A DNA stretch of 51,953 bases from Perkinsus olseni. Taxonomy: Eukaryota. Positions 15,496 to 28,624 of this stretch are shown here, piece by piece (position 1 is the stretch's first letter; the number at the start of each line of letters is the position of its first letter). Below the pieces are notes generated by a model. That model ran no database searches and was not told the DNA's origin. It saw only the letters and a program-made list of their open reading frames with translations. The translations under genes and the position numbers were made by a program. The stretch is taken from the NCBI GenBank assembly GCA_013115125.1, contig JABANN010000218.1:1-51953 (forward strand), written 5' to 3'.

Positions 15496-15811
15496 CAGGG
15501 TGGCCCAGAGGGGAAGAATGCTATTCTTTCTTACCGGGAATTCCGGAAATTCCCGGGAAGAAAGAATGCTCAATATTCCCTGGAAGAATAGTTGAGATTC
15601 TTCCCGGGTATTTGGGTGCTTCATTCTAATGGTTTGACTTGAGGGAGCATCGAGTACGGGTGGATATGCGCGCGCGAAAAAAATTTGGGGGCTCGTTTCA
15701 ATGGGGAAGAATGCATTCTTTCGCTATATTCCCGGCTATATTCCCGGGAATTCCCGGGAATTCCCGGGAATGGGAAGAGTGATCCATTCTTCCCACTTTT
15801 GGGCCACCCTG
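15496..15811. mobile_element. Non-autonomous hAT-like MITE (316 bp)
   Basis: Perfect 12-bp TIRs CAGGGTGGCCCA/TGGGCCACCCTG with an imperfect extension to GGAAGAATG. Exact 8-bp TSD TTCCTGAG at 15488-15495 and 15812-15819. Subterminal TTCCCGGGAA repeats. An 8-bp TSD with CAG termini is typical of hAT elements. Confidence 0.9.
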
Positions 15812-17136
15812 TTCCTGAGCAAATGGAAAGTTTTTACGTGTGATTTAAACTATTTTAAAACAAAATTCGGTTTCCCATACTCTTTTAAATCAAATGGAAA
15901 AATATTTTATTAGCTCGGGAAAAGGTGTAGATGCTCGCAGGGGCTTGATGTAGTGCCGGGAAGGCACAACTTTCTGTTTTCCCGCCTCTGTTCTAGTATG
16001 AGGCCTACCATTGGATATTCACTGTAGAAAACCGGCAGCAGCTGAAGCAAGGTCTGAGGACTGGCGGCTGGGACGATGACCGAGAGGATAGAGGAAGACA
16101 CAGAAGAAAACGTGCGGAACCTTAAAAGCAGGAAGACGTGATGATTAGTCCATGTATTGCTCGTTATCAAGGAACGTTTCAATCTGAAAAACACTTTGGC
16201 ACCGAACATGCTCTGGACGAAACGGTCATGGAGGAATTGCGGTACTCTCGAAATTGTCTTCAAGGACATCTCAAGGTAAGTTGGCAAAGGGGCTTGGATG
16301 GTGTTCGGCGAATACCATCCAAGCCCGAGTTAGTAACAGCGAATACTATTCGCTGTTACTAAAAACTTGTTAGACACTCTGACTTAGTGTCCAACTCTCA
16401 AGACTCACAGTCCCTGTGTCCTAACAGATGGACGCTGACTAGAGTATGGTGCGTCACAGTCTGTGGATCTGTCCTCAGCGACCACCGCCTTGTGGTTCGA
16501 TTTGGATGGCAGCTGCCCTTGTGTTAAAAGCTGTTGTGAACAGCATGTAACATACGGACCATGCCAGTGCTGCTGTGGGCGATAAACCCACTTCAACCTC
16601 GCAGCTCAAGTTACCTCGGCCGGCCGGCAATATCTATCCATCGGGTAGATGGATAGATGTTACATCTGTCTTGGCTTTCATCGGCGCGCTGTCAAACTTG
16701 GATCGGCACTTGTCAATGTTGCTCGTGGATTGTCATACTTGATTGTGATACTGTCATTCCTGCATGTAATAGTTTTGCCCTTGCCTTGGTGTAAACAAAT
16801 TCGACATGTGTCAAAGTTTGACACATGTCATGCAAGTTTGACAGTCAAACTTGCGTGTTCATTCAATGAACACGCAAGTTCATTGAATGACAATAAACTT
16901 CATTGACAAACTTGCTTGTCACATTGTCATTCTTGCCTGGTCACTTGCACGGGAAATGGTGAAGTTTCGCAACACAACAACACAGTAAACGCAGAAAGCT
17001 TCCTTCGAGAAGGTAAAATACCAAAGCGACGTCTGAGACTGCCACTCGTAGGGAAGCGCGTCCTGTCGTTTCAAGCGAGCGGACACATGAGGAGGGGATG
17101 ATGATGAAATGATGAATGAGCCTGAAAAGTCTGCTT

Positions 17137-20043
17137 CTACAATCTCTCTGTCGAAGCACCGGGTGAGCCCGATATGATGCCCATGATGGAGGTGTATGTG
17201 CCCACAACTACGAAAGCGGCTATTAAGACCCCGGACACATAGACAGCCCACAACTTGATACCAACTGGACGCATCACATAAGCATAGAACCATAATGGGC
17301 ATATGTATAATGAACCTAAGAGGATGACGGTATGACCGACCAGGAGCTCGAAGGATCGGTCTGGTCCGATCAGCTCCCTGCCTGGGAGTGACTCACATGA
17401 GGTCAACAGAACCGACGCGATCGCTTGGGAGTAGGCGAGCTCTTCCTTGACTAGAATCGCCCCTAGGGCAGCAACAGTCAGTAATAGACATCTGACAGCG
17501 AGCCTCCAACCCTTCAGTCTGCTCAACTTCGACGTGATCTTTGTACAGCTCTGAGAAGCAAAAACGAGGGAGAGAAAAGCAGCGGATATTCAGAATATCA
17601 TATTCTCATACCAGAAGACGTCCAACCACGGTCTCGCAGGCGACCATCAGCGGCACCATGACGATTGGCAGTATAGCGAACATTCTTAGAAGTATGAAGG
17701 CATACATGCAATAGACCAACCATTGGGGTAGAGCAGCCGGATGGAAGCCTGACGAGTGACGGCGTGCTGAACCCTCAGACGGTTAACTACCCTTACCAGC
17801 GAGGCTCGCCGGATAAAAGTCTTCACATACTCCATCACAGATCTGCATCCCAGCCAAACCAATAATGTATACATACACCACCGACAGGGTTAAACAGATG
17901 ATAATAGTCAAAGTTATACGACGATCGGTAGAACCTGAAAACGCCGGGCCATCCTCGAAGGGTCACTGTTAACGACGATTAAGCAGGCACCAACAAATAT
18001 TGAACAAGTGTTCCCCTCGAGAGTGCGCGACGGCCTAACTACCTCTTATTGCGCCGAGATAGGGCGGTAAGGAGGGAACGTCGGCCGAGGTCCACATAGA
18101 CAGACTGAACGCTGTGACCAAATTGATTAATAGAGGCTCACGGGCCGTGAGGTTCTCAATCAGATGTGAATCGGGTAGGATAACGAAGGCAGATCCAACC
18201 TGAGCGAATTGAAAGTTGAATTCGAATTCCGGTTCGAACTCACAACTAAGGAAGTACGCGCTCCTTCCAGTCCCCAATCACGGGTGGTTTTTTGTGAGTA
18301 CATGTATACGAGACTTGCAACTCACCCAAGCTGCCATACTCCCAAGTATGCCGACAACAGCGAGTACACCCATGACGGCTGATATCTCCCTCAGCCACGG
18401 TACCAGGATCATTATCAGCGTTATTGCCGAGAAGATAATAATCCAAACATCAGCTGAGATAGAACAGCTCATCGTTGGATTTCTGTCTCGCCTAACACTA
18501 GTGGTGCTTACCACTTATGGCTGGCGCGATGAGGGCGGCGCACAATCCTATCGCACCGAGGTTTGTGATCAGACCAGAGAAGTATTCGAGCAGTATCAGC
18601 TGACAGAGATGAATGGTGCAAGTTCCAAAGCGATTCCGAGATCGTTTCTGAGGAATCGATTCTTTGAAGTTCCACATAGCCGTTGAAATACGATTTCGTC
18701 GAAATCGGGTATGAACGACTCGAAGTCACTTCGAGGGACGGAGGCGATTCCGAAAGCAATTCTGCAAACGACTCCGACCGGCGTTCAGTAAACAAGAATC
18801 CGAAAAAAAGGATCCTCAAAACTTCGCCAGGAGGAAGAGTGGAATACTCGACAAGAGACTGCGCTATGGTTGGCTTGATAAAACACCGCCTACGTCGAGT
18901 AAGTTATCCAACTGAGGGCGAATTCCATGAAACGCTGGCTTGCAAAATGTCTGCCTCGAGGATCGGCATGCTGCCATAACAACGGCGCGCTTCGTCAACT
19001 AAACTTCCACTGCACGCCCACAGGTTGTGGGCCACAGCCCGGTACTCGATTGACAAGTCTTGAGCTCATTCTGAAACCTCGGCCAAACGAACGAAACAAC
19101 CAGCAGGCATCCAGTGAGGCCTGAAGGCTGATACGTCAGCCCCATTCTCATCTCTTGCACTCCAGCAAGGGCTACTTTCAATTCCGTGGCGCGCTTTGAA
19201 GCGCGCCACAAATGCTCAGAACCGCCCCAACTTGGGGTCCCCAAGCCATTCTGATGTCAGTGGTTCTAGAATCGTGCTCACCAACATTCCGAAGGTTTTC
19301 AGGACGAATCAGAAATCGGCAAATCAGGGATCGGAAATCAGTTTGAAATCTGAATTTCCAAAATGTTCTTTCGAACGACGCGGAAGAATCGTTAAAGAAC
19401 AACCTGTGGCTCGTCTCGAGTCGAGACTCTCGACAGGTTGTCGAGCTCGCGATCGCCGATCAAAAGAGCGGCGAACAAGTCCGCGGCTCCGCCAAACGCT
19501 GTATCGCGTAATGAAATAGGAATACAGTTGGCCCTCCTCGTTTCCTACCAGGGTTATTGCACCTCGGCCAAAATTCCCTGCGCAGAATTCGCCCAGAAAT
19601 GTGTACTCCCTCTCGAAGGACGGCACGCCTCTCTCTTCAGCATACTGCTTTACCTGAAGTGACAACAAAAGCTAAAAGGCTCGTAAAAGAGCCGATGAAG
19701 ACCGTGGACGATCACCTTCTCATTGTTTAATGTGGCTCTGATCATCTGAATGCAAATAAACGCGAAAGACGCAGCCAACGCTTGGATGATGAAAGAAAAC
19801 CAACCGGCGGTAGTGAACATGAATGGTATGGAGAGGGCTTGGGAAATAAGAGAGTTGCAACAAGTGGCGAAGAAAGTCCTGAAAGGCGAGAATGATGTCA
19901 AGTCCGAGAACTCGATGGCGGGTAGCTCACCTGAGGCTGATGCCTCTCTCCATCCGCTCACATACCGCTCCATTACCATTATTCACATCGAGGCCCGATG
20001 ATGAGTCGCTATCAACATACACCTTGACTGAGGGGGCCGCCAT
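17137..20043 (-). CDS. AAAP amino-acid transporter, copy B
   Basis: Runs from ATG 20043 (MAAPSVKVY..GISLR) through TFFATCCNSLISQALSIPFMFTTAGW and FEREYTFLGEFCAGNFGRG to IISGSPGASTERL*. Long intron 18600-19548. No lesion noticed. Confidence 0.8.
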
Positions 20044-20949
20044 TGACGAGCTCGCTGACAAACTGTGTGAAATCGGCTCTCTCAGCTCGAACTTCCGCTG
20101 GTTAACGAGGGAGAGCCAAAATGAAGGAAACACTGGTCACCATTCTACGCACTAACATTGGTTCAGTCTCCGGGGTTCGAACGACGAACAGCCGTTGAAC
20201 CGTTCAACTTGAACGGCTACCGTTCAATGGCCGTGTGAGCCGGTCACAGGTATTAATGAGACCGTCGCTGCGAAAAAGTAGTGAGTGCGCCGAAGCGAAG
20301 TCGTAGACATGTTCACGAGAAGCGGGCCGCTGAAGAGCTCACCGTAGAACTGGTGCAACTGCCGTGAGGTCCTTCTGAATGTCCCGAGGAGATTCTCCTT
20401 CTGCCAAAATGCTTGCGCACGCGTGCTGCTTCCAACACGGCCGTCGCGTCACGCCCCCGACACGTGCTCCTTCGTGCTCGCCCAACATCAGCCTTGTTGC
20501 TGGAATTGCAAATTTCAGGACTCCTCCGTCTGGAAATCTGCCTGAGTCGGGCAGATTCCGGCGCACAGGATTCCCAGTGTCAGATGAGGCCCCTCCATGG
20601 AAGAATCCTGGATGAGAGTTCACTTCCCCTTGGGGTTACAGAACGGCGCATGAAAGTTTTCTTTCCGCCCATTCGATGCAGGCTGACTCCGTAGTGGTAC
20701 GGCGTCTTGCAGTCAAAAGTCGCAGTCAACAGACTCCGGTGCCAGTTCTCTGATAGCCCTGATCGGAGCAGACGAATGAATGTGAAGTTGGTATGCGTCA
20801 TAGCTGCCTTCGGTGAATGTCGGCACTGCCGACTCGGCAGTATCGACCATATGCGGGTGTTCGGCAGACTGTTATTGGCGATGGCAGTGTTCACGTCTCC
20901 GAGGAAGACTCAATGTCGAATTACTCGACTCGCCACTCACGATGGATGA

Positions 20950-21720
20950 GAATCTGTAGCTTCTCCGCTGTTCCTCGTAGGCAAAACAAGGCAGATAGCT
21001 ATAATCCTCTTTCGAGAAGTTTCTTTCTCGAGGCCCTCCATCCGGGAGCGCGGTGGGTGCTGCGCACAACACCGGGTGTTGAATACCCTGACAGTGTGAC
21101 CCTGTCAGAAACGTTTCCTTATCGGAGCCCAATACACTTTTCAAGAATATACTGAAACTTCCAGCCTGAAAGCCGTGTTGAAGAATGAGTATTAGTCGTG
21201 CTGTATAGACATTCGCATTGGTGACGCGAAGAGTCACTGTGACTCAGTCACATTGGATCGTTATGTTGCTGAGCCGATTCTGTCTTCACCTTTGTTGTAC
21301 CAGATGATACGTGCTATGCGCGCCGAGTTGATCGATTGCATATAGCGTTTTCGATCCTTGATAGAAGTTGCGGGCTCCTTCCAGATTGCCCTGTCGTGTG
21401 CTGTCCAGGGACGGGCGAGCTACGTAACAAGCCGCTCGGTCGGGCTATGACCCCTACGCACCGTTTCCGTTGCGGCCTAGCTGCCTCCCCGGAGTGTGGC
21501 TGCGGTGCCCCGATTGGGGGTTTCCGCCATTATCTGCAGTCGTGTCCGTTCTTGACACCTGCGCGGAAGAGGGTGGCCGGGGGATACCCTCCCATCTGTA
21601 CAAGATCGTGACGGACCTGAAGCGCCGAAAGGCCTTCAACCGTCTTATGAAGGCTATCATGGGGCATCTGGACGTCACTGCTGCTGCACAGCAAGACGTC
21701 CCACCGGATTAGCAATGGAG
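20950..21720 (+). mobile_element. Degenerate 3' remnant of a non-LTR retrotransposon ORF2
   Basis: HRFRCGLAASPECGCGAPIGGFRHYLQSCPFLTPARKR (ORF 21336-21611) matches the C-terminal C-x-C-x8-H-x4-C knuckle of LINE ORF2 proteins. Frame-shifted continuation LYKIVTDLKRRKAF. No intact RT seen. Confidence 0.6.
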
Positions 21721-23884
21721 CCAGCCACACTGAAGGTGCGGTGGCAGTCCGTAATCCGTGTAGTTAACCATCCGGCGCTGTTCTCTAATGGCGGCGGCAA
21801 CTCGGAGGAAGGAAGACAGCAGCTGAAGAAGACCGCAGCAGCTGGCGACGGAAGAGTTTTTGAAGTACACTATTGTGTAAAATTGGCGTGACAGCCGGTG
21901 ACCTTTGTGCTGAGAGACGTGGCGATCAGCCAATCAGGAGTGAAGACCAATCAGGCTCAGCACAATCGAAGTGAAGTTGTTCTATGTAAGCATGATAGCT
22001 ACTAAGATATCAGGAATCGCTCACTACTATGTTGTGCGTCCATATACGTTAGTTCAAATTCGTATGATTCGAAACAAAATCAATCGAGGTCAACTCGTTG
22101 GGCCAGATTACTCGGCTATGACGCCCAGCGCACGGGGGGACAGTGTCTTTGTGTTAGAGCTACTGGGTGGTTCGGTTGAGCGAGTGGAACGTGTTCGCAT
22201 CGAGTATAGTTTAATTTTTATCTTCTAAAGAGCCTCCCGCCCACCCTGGCGATGTGGTGCGGCTGCCTCCCTATTGTTGAGAGGCGGCCCCGTTACATTG
22301 GCCGAGGACCCGGCGCTCCTTGCGCGGTTCTCTGGCCCATGCCCCAACGCCGGGGAGGAAGGGAGCCGTGTAAACTCGTATGATTCCAAACTCTACCTTT
22401 GCGCTTCGGAAAAGTATCACTGTAAAATGAAGTATTAGACATTACGCAGGAGAGGTTATACGAATGGGATAAACCTTGAACAATACAATAATAACGATCA
22501 TCTCACAGCAAATACATTATCGCTCAATTATGTACCCAAACGACAATGATTAATTTGTGAGAGTGAATCTTAGCCACACTGAAGGGACAGCAATAATTGT
22601 GTATTACACAATACATACACAATGACATTGTGACAATGTGTATGTATGTAATTATCTTCATCACGATAATAGTATTGGTTGTCTCTTCGTTGTCACTCAC
22701 TGTTCTTACTCACTTTCTCTTAGTCCAGTAGCTATAACCTTCCACGGCAGGCCGGGGTGGGCCTGGTTTTACCGGAATGGAGTGTTCCCGGCTTGACCAG
22801 GCCGTTCACTAGAGACAGCAGGAAGCTCGCCACCCTTGCTGTGACATAGAAGTTAGGCTCTTAATACTTCTTAGTTATTCATACATTAAAATTAGTCTCA
22901 ATAGCAACTACTAGCTTCACGCTAGAGCAATACACAAAGGGCGCTAAGATATCGTTGACCTGCACCCGCCGCAGAGACAGATCGAACACAATATGTATTC
23001 GATTAAAATAACGATAAGGAGAGGCGGATCACTACAGAAAAGGGATCGAATTTGGGGCCTGAATACTCTTCGGCGAATAGTCATGTCCCGTTCATGACTT
23101 CGACACTGGTGTTAGTCAATGCGAAACATGCTGGCATTTCGGGAAAGCGTAGGGATGCCTTCAGGCGTTCACGTGGCCCTCCAGTCGTCACGGCACATTG
23201 TGCATTGTGAGATCGTCAAGATCCTCGAGTCACCGGATGACTGTCAGCCGAGTTTCTTAACTCTCACGTCACCGAAACCAGCGATCTCAGACGGGGAAAA
23301 CGGAACTCTCCGGAAGAGACTCCTCCAATGGCTCAGCCAATGACGGGACGCTAGTATGATGAAGCTAGGGAGCACAGTGTGTTCGATGCACAGTTCAATT
23401 GCGTCATGTAGGTAGTACAGCTCTATTCTGCCCGTCGCTAGCGTCTGGTGGGTGACCGCTGACAGCAGTACAGTGTGACCGGGAGAAATTCTCCCGTAGA
23501 ATAACTAGCAGCTGTAGATGCAAATTGCAAAAGTTTTACAGTGAAACCATCTGCACCGACTCGTAATCAGTACGACGTACTGCGCTGGGAGCTCAGTGGT
23601 TTCCTCGTAGTGGGTTCAACCCAGTTAACCGTCTTCATACCGCTACTGTAGCTTAGACAGGGGAGCCCACCTGCGACATGCAATCCAGATTATCTCACCC
23701 AGTCTCGCAACACAACACCACAATAGTGGCAGAGGGCTTCCTTCGAGATGGTGAAATACTAAGGCGACGTCCGAGACTGCCGTTCGTGAGAAACAAGTCC
23801 CGTCGTTTCGAACGACAGAACGATGAGGACTAGGAGGGGGAAGAGATGGCGATAAAATGATAAATGAGTTCAAAAAGTCTGCTT

Positions 23885-26839
23885 CTACAACCTCTCAGTG
23901 AAAGCGCCGGGTGGGCCCGATATGATGCCCATGATCGACGTGTATGTGCCCACAACTACGAATGCGGCCACTAAGACCCCGGACACATAGACAGCCCACA
24001 ACTTGATACCAGCTGGACGCATCACATAAGCATAGAACCATAATGGGCATATGTATAATAAACCTGAGGATGACGTTATCGACAAGACCGGCCAGGAACT
24101 CGGAAGATCCTTTCACTTCGATGTGATCACTCACATGACGTTAACAGAACCGAAGCAATTGCTTGAGAGTAGGCGAGCTCTTCCTTGACCAGAATCGCCC
24201 CTAGGGCAGCAACAACCAGTAATAGACATCTGACTGTCAGATGTCTATTACTGGTTGTTGGTTACTGGTTGTCAGATTCTGACAGCGAGCCTCCAACCCT
24301 TCAGTCTGCTCAACTTCGACGTTCTCCTGGTTGAAGTCTGAGAAACACCGCGGGCTGCTTCAAAAACGGGGGAGACGATACAGATGCTTCCAATGACACA
24401 AATGGACGACAGCAGGGGTTTGATGAACGCGCGGGAGAAGAGCAGCGGTGTGACCATATTCTCCAGGAGAATTTCTCCTACCAGAATACGTCCAACCACC
24501 GTCTCACAGGCAACCATTAGCGGCACCATGGCAATTGGTAATATAGCGAACATTCTCAGAAGCATGAAGGCATACATGCAATAGACCAACCATGGAGGTA
24601 GAGCAGCCGGAGGGAAGCCTGACGAGTGACGGCGTGCTAAACCCTTAGACGGTTTACTTCCCTTACCAGCGAGGCTCGCCGGATAAAAGTCTTTACATAC
24701 TCCATCACAGATTTGCATCCCAGCCAAACCAATAATGTATACATACACCACCGACAGGGACCCTGTCACAGGGTTAAACAGATGATAATAGTCAAAGTTA
24801 TACGACGATCGGTGGAACCTGAACACAACGGGCCATCCTCGAAGGGTCACTGTTAACGACGACCGACAAATAGGCACCAACAAATATTGAACAAGCGTTG
24901 CCCTCGAGAGTGTGCGACGGCCTAACTACCTCTTATTGCGCCGAGATAGGGCGGTAAGGAGGGCATGTTGGTCGAGGTCCACGTCGCGAGGCTAAACGCC
25001 GTGACTAAGTTCATGAAAAGAGGCTCACGGGCCGTGAGGTTTTCAATCAGATGTGAATCGGGTAGGATAACGAAGGAAGATCCAACCTGAGCCACGGTGA
25101 AATCAGATCAGGTTTGAATTCACAACTTGGGAAGTGCGCACACCTTCTCTTTACTAGTCACGGGTCGTTCTGGTTACGAGTATATGAGAGTCTCATAATG
25201 AGACTTGCGACTCACCCAAGCTGTCATACTCCCGAGTATGCCGACAACAGCGAGTACACCCATGACGGCTGAAATCTCCCTCAGCCACGGTACCAGGATC
25301 ATGATCAGCGTTATTGCCGAGAAAATTATAATCCAAACATCAGCTGAAAAAGAACAACTCATCGTTGGATTTCTGATGAGTTTTGTCGCCGACAGACTGT
25401 CGGGCTCACTGCTCATACGACCCTCGACAGGCTGCGAGAGTCTCAGAGTTATTGAACCGGCAGCACTTGACACGACTAAATGCTTACCACTTATGGCTGG
25501 CGCGATGAGGGCGGCGCACAATCCTATTGCACTGAGGTTCGTGATCAGAGCAGAAAAGTATTCGAGAAGTATCAGCTGACAGAGATGAAGTCGTTCAACG
25601 AACTGTTCGTGATAAACATGTGCCATATCGATTCCGGGCCAAAATTTCCGGCGTTGTTTCCAAGAATCGATTCCGTCAATCCATTCAAACACGGTCTTGA
25701 GAATGGGAAGGCTCCTCTGAAAGCGGTTCTAAAGACAATTCTGACCCGCGTTCAATAAAAACGAACTCGAACAAAAGACCAGAATAGAAGAACACGTCCA
25801 AACTAGAAGGTAGTTGGGTCGATTCGGTCCGAACGAACCACGGTGTACGTGAACTCGGGTGTAAGTCATGCTAGCGCATGGGTGTAAGACGCTGGCTTGC
25901 AAAATAATGTATGCCTCGACCTTCGGACCTGTCTCAAATTGACGGCGCGCCTCGCCAACTAAACTACCACTACACGCCTATTGCCCGATACTCAGCTTTC
26001 ATTCACAAGTCTCACGCCCCTCTGTCCAAAGACTTCGAGACCTGGGCGAGGAAACCGAAGGCTATCTGAACAATTTCGGCCGCCGCCGGGCCGCGCTTCT
26101 CTAAGTGGTTCGAGGATCTTTACTAGAAACGGTTCCTTGAACAGAATTGGCCTGATTCATTTGACGAATCAGTTGTGAATGTCAGAATCATGTTTTTAAA
26201 CGAGCCAGAAAACTCAGTTTGTTGAGCTCGCGTTCGCCGATGATCGGCGGCCGATCGAAAAAACGGTGAATGAGTCCGCGTTTCCGCCAAGCGCTGTTTC
26301 GCATAATGGGATAGGAACACGGTTTGCCCTTCTCGTCTCCTACCAGGGTTATCGCGCCTCTGCCAAAATTCCCTGCACAGAATTCGCCCAGAAATGTGTA
26401 CTCCCTCTCAAAGGCTGGCACGCCTCTCTCTTCGGCGTATCGCTTCACCTACGGTTAGATTGGAGCCATCTCATACTGATTGCAGAAAAGCCGACGGGCA
26501 TCGAAGGACTTACTTTCTCATTCCTGAGAGTTGCTCGGAGCATCTGAATGCAAATAAAAGTGAGGGAGGCAGCCAACGCTTGGATGACGAAAGAGAACCA
26601 ACCGGCGGTAGTGAACATAAATGGCATGGAGAGGGCTTGGGAAATAAGAGCGTTGCAGCAAGTGGCGAAGAAAATCCTGAGAGGCGAGAATGATGTCAAG
26701 CCTGATAACTCGATGGCCCAGCTCACCTGAGGCTGATGCCTCTCTCCATCTCCTCACATACCGCTCCATTACTATTATTCACATCGAGGCCCGATGATAC
26801 GCCAGTATTGTCATACACCTTGTCCAAGGGGGCCGACAT
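23885..26839 (-). pseudogene. AAAP transporter copy C, frameshifted
   Basis: Collinear with copy B but carries two exonic insertions: 14 nt (24760-24773) and 49 nt (24235-24283, with a stop at 24272). Neither can be removed as a frame-restoring GT-AG intron. Confidence 0.82.
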
Positions 26840-28624
26840 CAGGAAACTCACTGAGCCGCAGCGAGGAAACCCATAGACGCTGAGGTTGGGAGAGGCATAC
26901 GCGAAACCAGAACCCGCGAGAGGGGACACTAGGTGTGCGACACCTCCTTGAGACCGGATTCGCGAATGCAGACCCGGGAGTAGCTAGGGTAAGGAGATCA
27001 CGTGAAGACCATGAAGCTCCAAAACCCCGAGCCACTCCGGGTCCCCCAACGTCAAGGGAATGGGAGGGATGGGAAAGAGCTATAACACTTCGTTGCACAT
27101 CCACCAACACCTCCATATACAGTATTACTCCACGACTAGCTCACGAGCCAGTCACCGGGTGCCACAGCCCGCACAAACTTTCGCGCTCGCCCGAGCCGCA
27201 CACACAAGCGTGATCCTAATCACTTGGAACCACAGCTAGAGGTTTCCCCCACAAGAAATCGTTCCGCATTTCTCTACGATGGAAATTGCGGTTCAATTCT
27301 CAACACAAGAATTTGCAAAGAAGCCCGATGGTTCACACAGAACAGATGTACCATGCTGAGGTGTAAACAGGCAACAGTTATCTAAGATGCAATATCATGT
27401 CCGGGGTACCAGCTGATCGTCACGTTGGCCGACGGCGGAAGCATTGTCAAGCGGCTTGACTCAAGCCTACCGGGTCACCGGATGGGCACAAAAGCCTCAA
27501 CTCTCTAGACGCGCGCGTGCTAATCTCGGCTAGCCTGTCACGCCACAGTCGAGTTGTTATGCCGACTAACTTTGCTTCATCGGCGTAAAACTCGCGCGAT
27601 CTCGCCTCGCAGTGGGCTTGCGTGCGGAAGCCCACGGGTCACGCAGTGACGCAGTAGGGACCTCACTGCATCACTGCGCCTCACTGTGAGGCGCCTACGT
27701 GTTCATGTCGCCAGTCCCTATGAACCTGGCTATGTCGAGCAGCTTGGATGCTCGGCTGGGCGGTTTTCAAACCCAGCCCGTCCCTCCCTGGGTCTAGGGG
27801 TCAGCCTTTGTGGCTCTTCATCCTCTGGGATGGTCACGCCCCTCTGTCTGTGGAGCTTGCTTGCTTGCGTCGCTTTCCCCTGTCTGGTTCGCGAGTTAGC
27901 GAGATCGTAACCGCAGTTTCACCGCTTGTGACGCTGACAGCGTCACGCTGTCGAGTACAGGCCGGAATCGGGACAGCGCTGCACAATTGCGGGACGAGTG
28001 CTCCAGGCTAAGCTCCGCTAGATCGATTACGTCTTCTAATCAGACGAAGCTGTCTGTCTAAGTTCTCTGACGTGGTTTGTTGACGTATCGTATAGCTCCG
28101 GTGGAACGTGTCGCCTTGGGCCTAGCCAATCTATACGTTTGGTTGTCTCCGAGTTGCAGTACATCTTTGGGTCGGGTTCATCGCGTAAGACCCGCCACGC
28201 TCCTGCGTGGTGAAGGGCGAAACTCGCGTCGGTTGAGTTTTCATCCAAGCGTTGACGTGGTCCTTATGGATAACCCACAAAGTCGGTACCTCACACTCCT
28301 AATGTCATGATCATTGGGCCGTTGGTGGTTGCGCTATCATCAAGGGTCGGGATGACCGTTTAGAACTTTTTCAAATTGAAAATTTCAACGTACTGTGGCA
28401 ACGCAACAATGGATAATCCATTATGGATTGAACGTAGAAAGCATCCTTCACGATCATCAAAGGCGAGGCGGCATCGAGACTGCTGGTGGCGCTCAGCCAC
28501 TCGCGAGAAAACAGCCGAGAAGGATATGATGAAGCGGATCAGCCAATGAAATTCATGAAAAAGCCGGGAATATATAAAGGAGGTGACAGCCATATCAAAG
28601 CAAGCTTCTACTGACAGCGTCGGG

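Noticed and set aside
24064-24135. Apparent additional frameshift in transporter copy C
   Set aside because: It falls inside an intron conserved in all copies (ends ag|GT(T/C)), so the indels there are non-coding.
24235-24283. 49-nt insertion as a newly born intron
   Set aside because: No GT-AG pair in or around it restores the reading frame.
26860-27300. Possible solo LTR upstream of copy C
   Set aside because: No second copy, TG..CA boundaries, TSD or PBS could be established.
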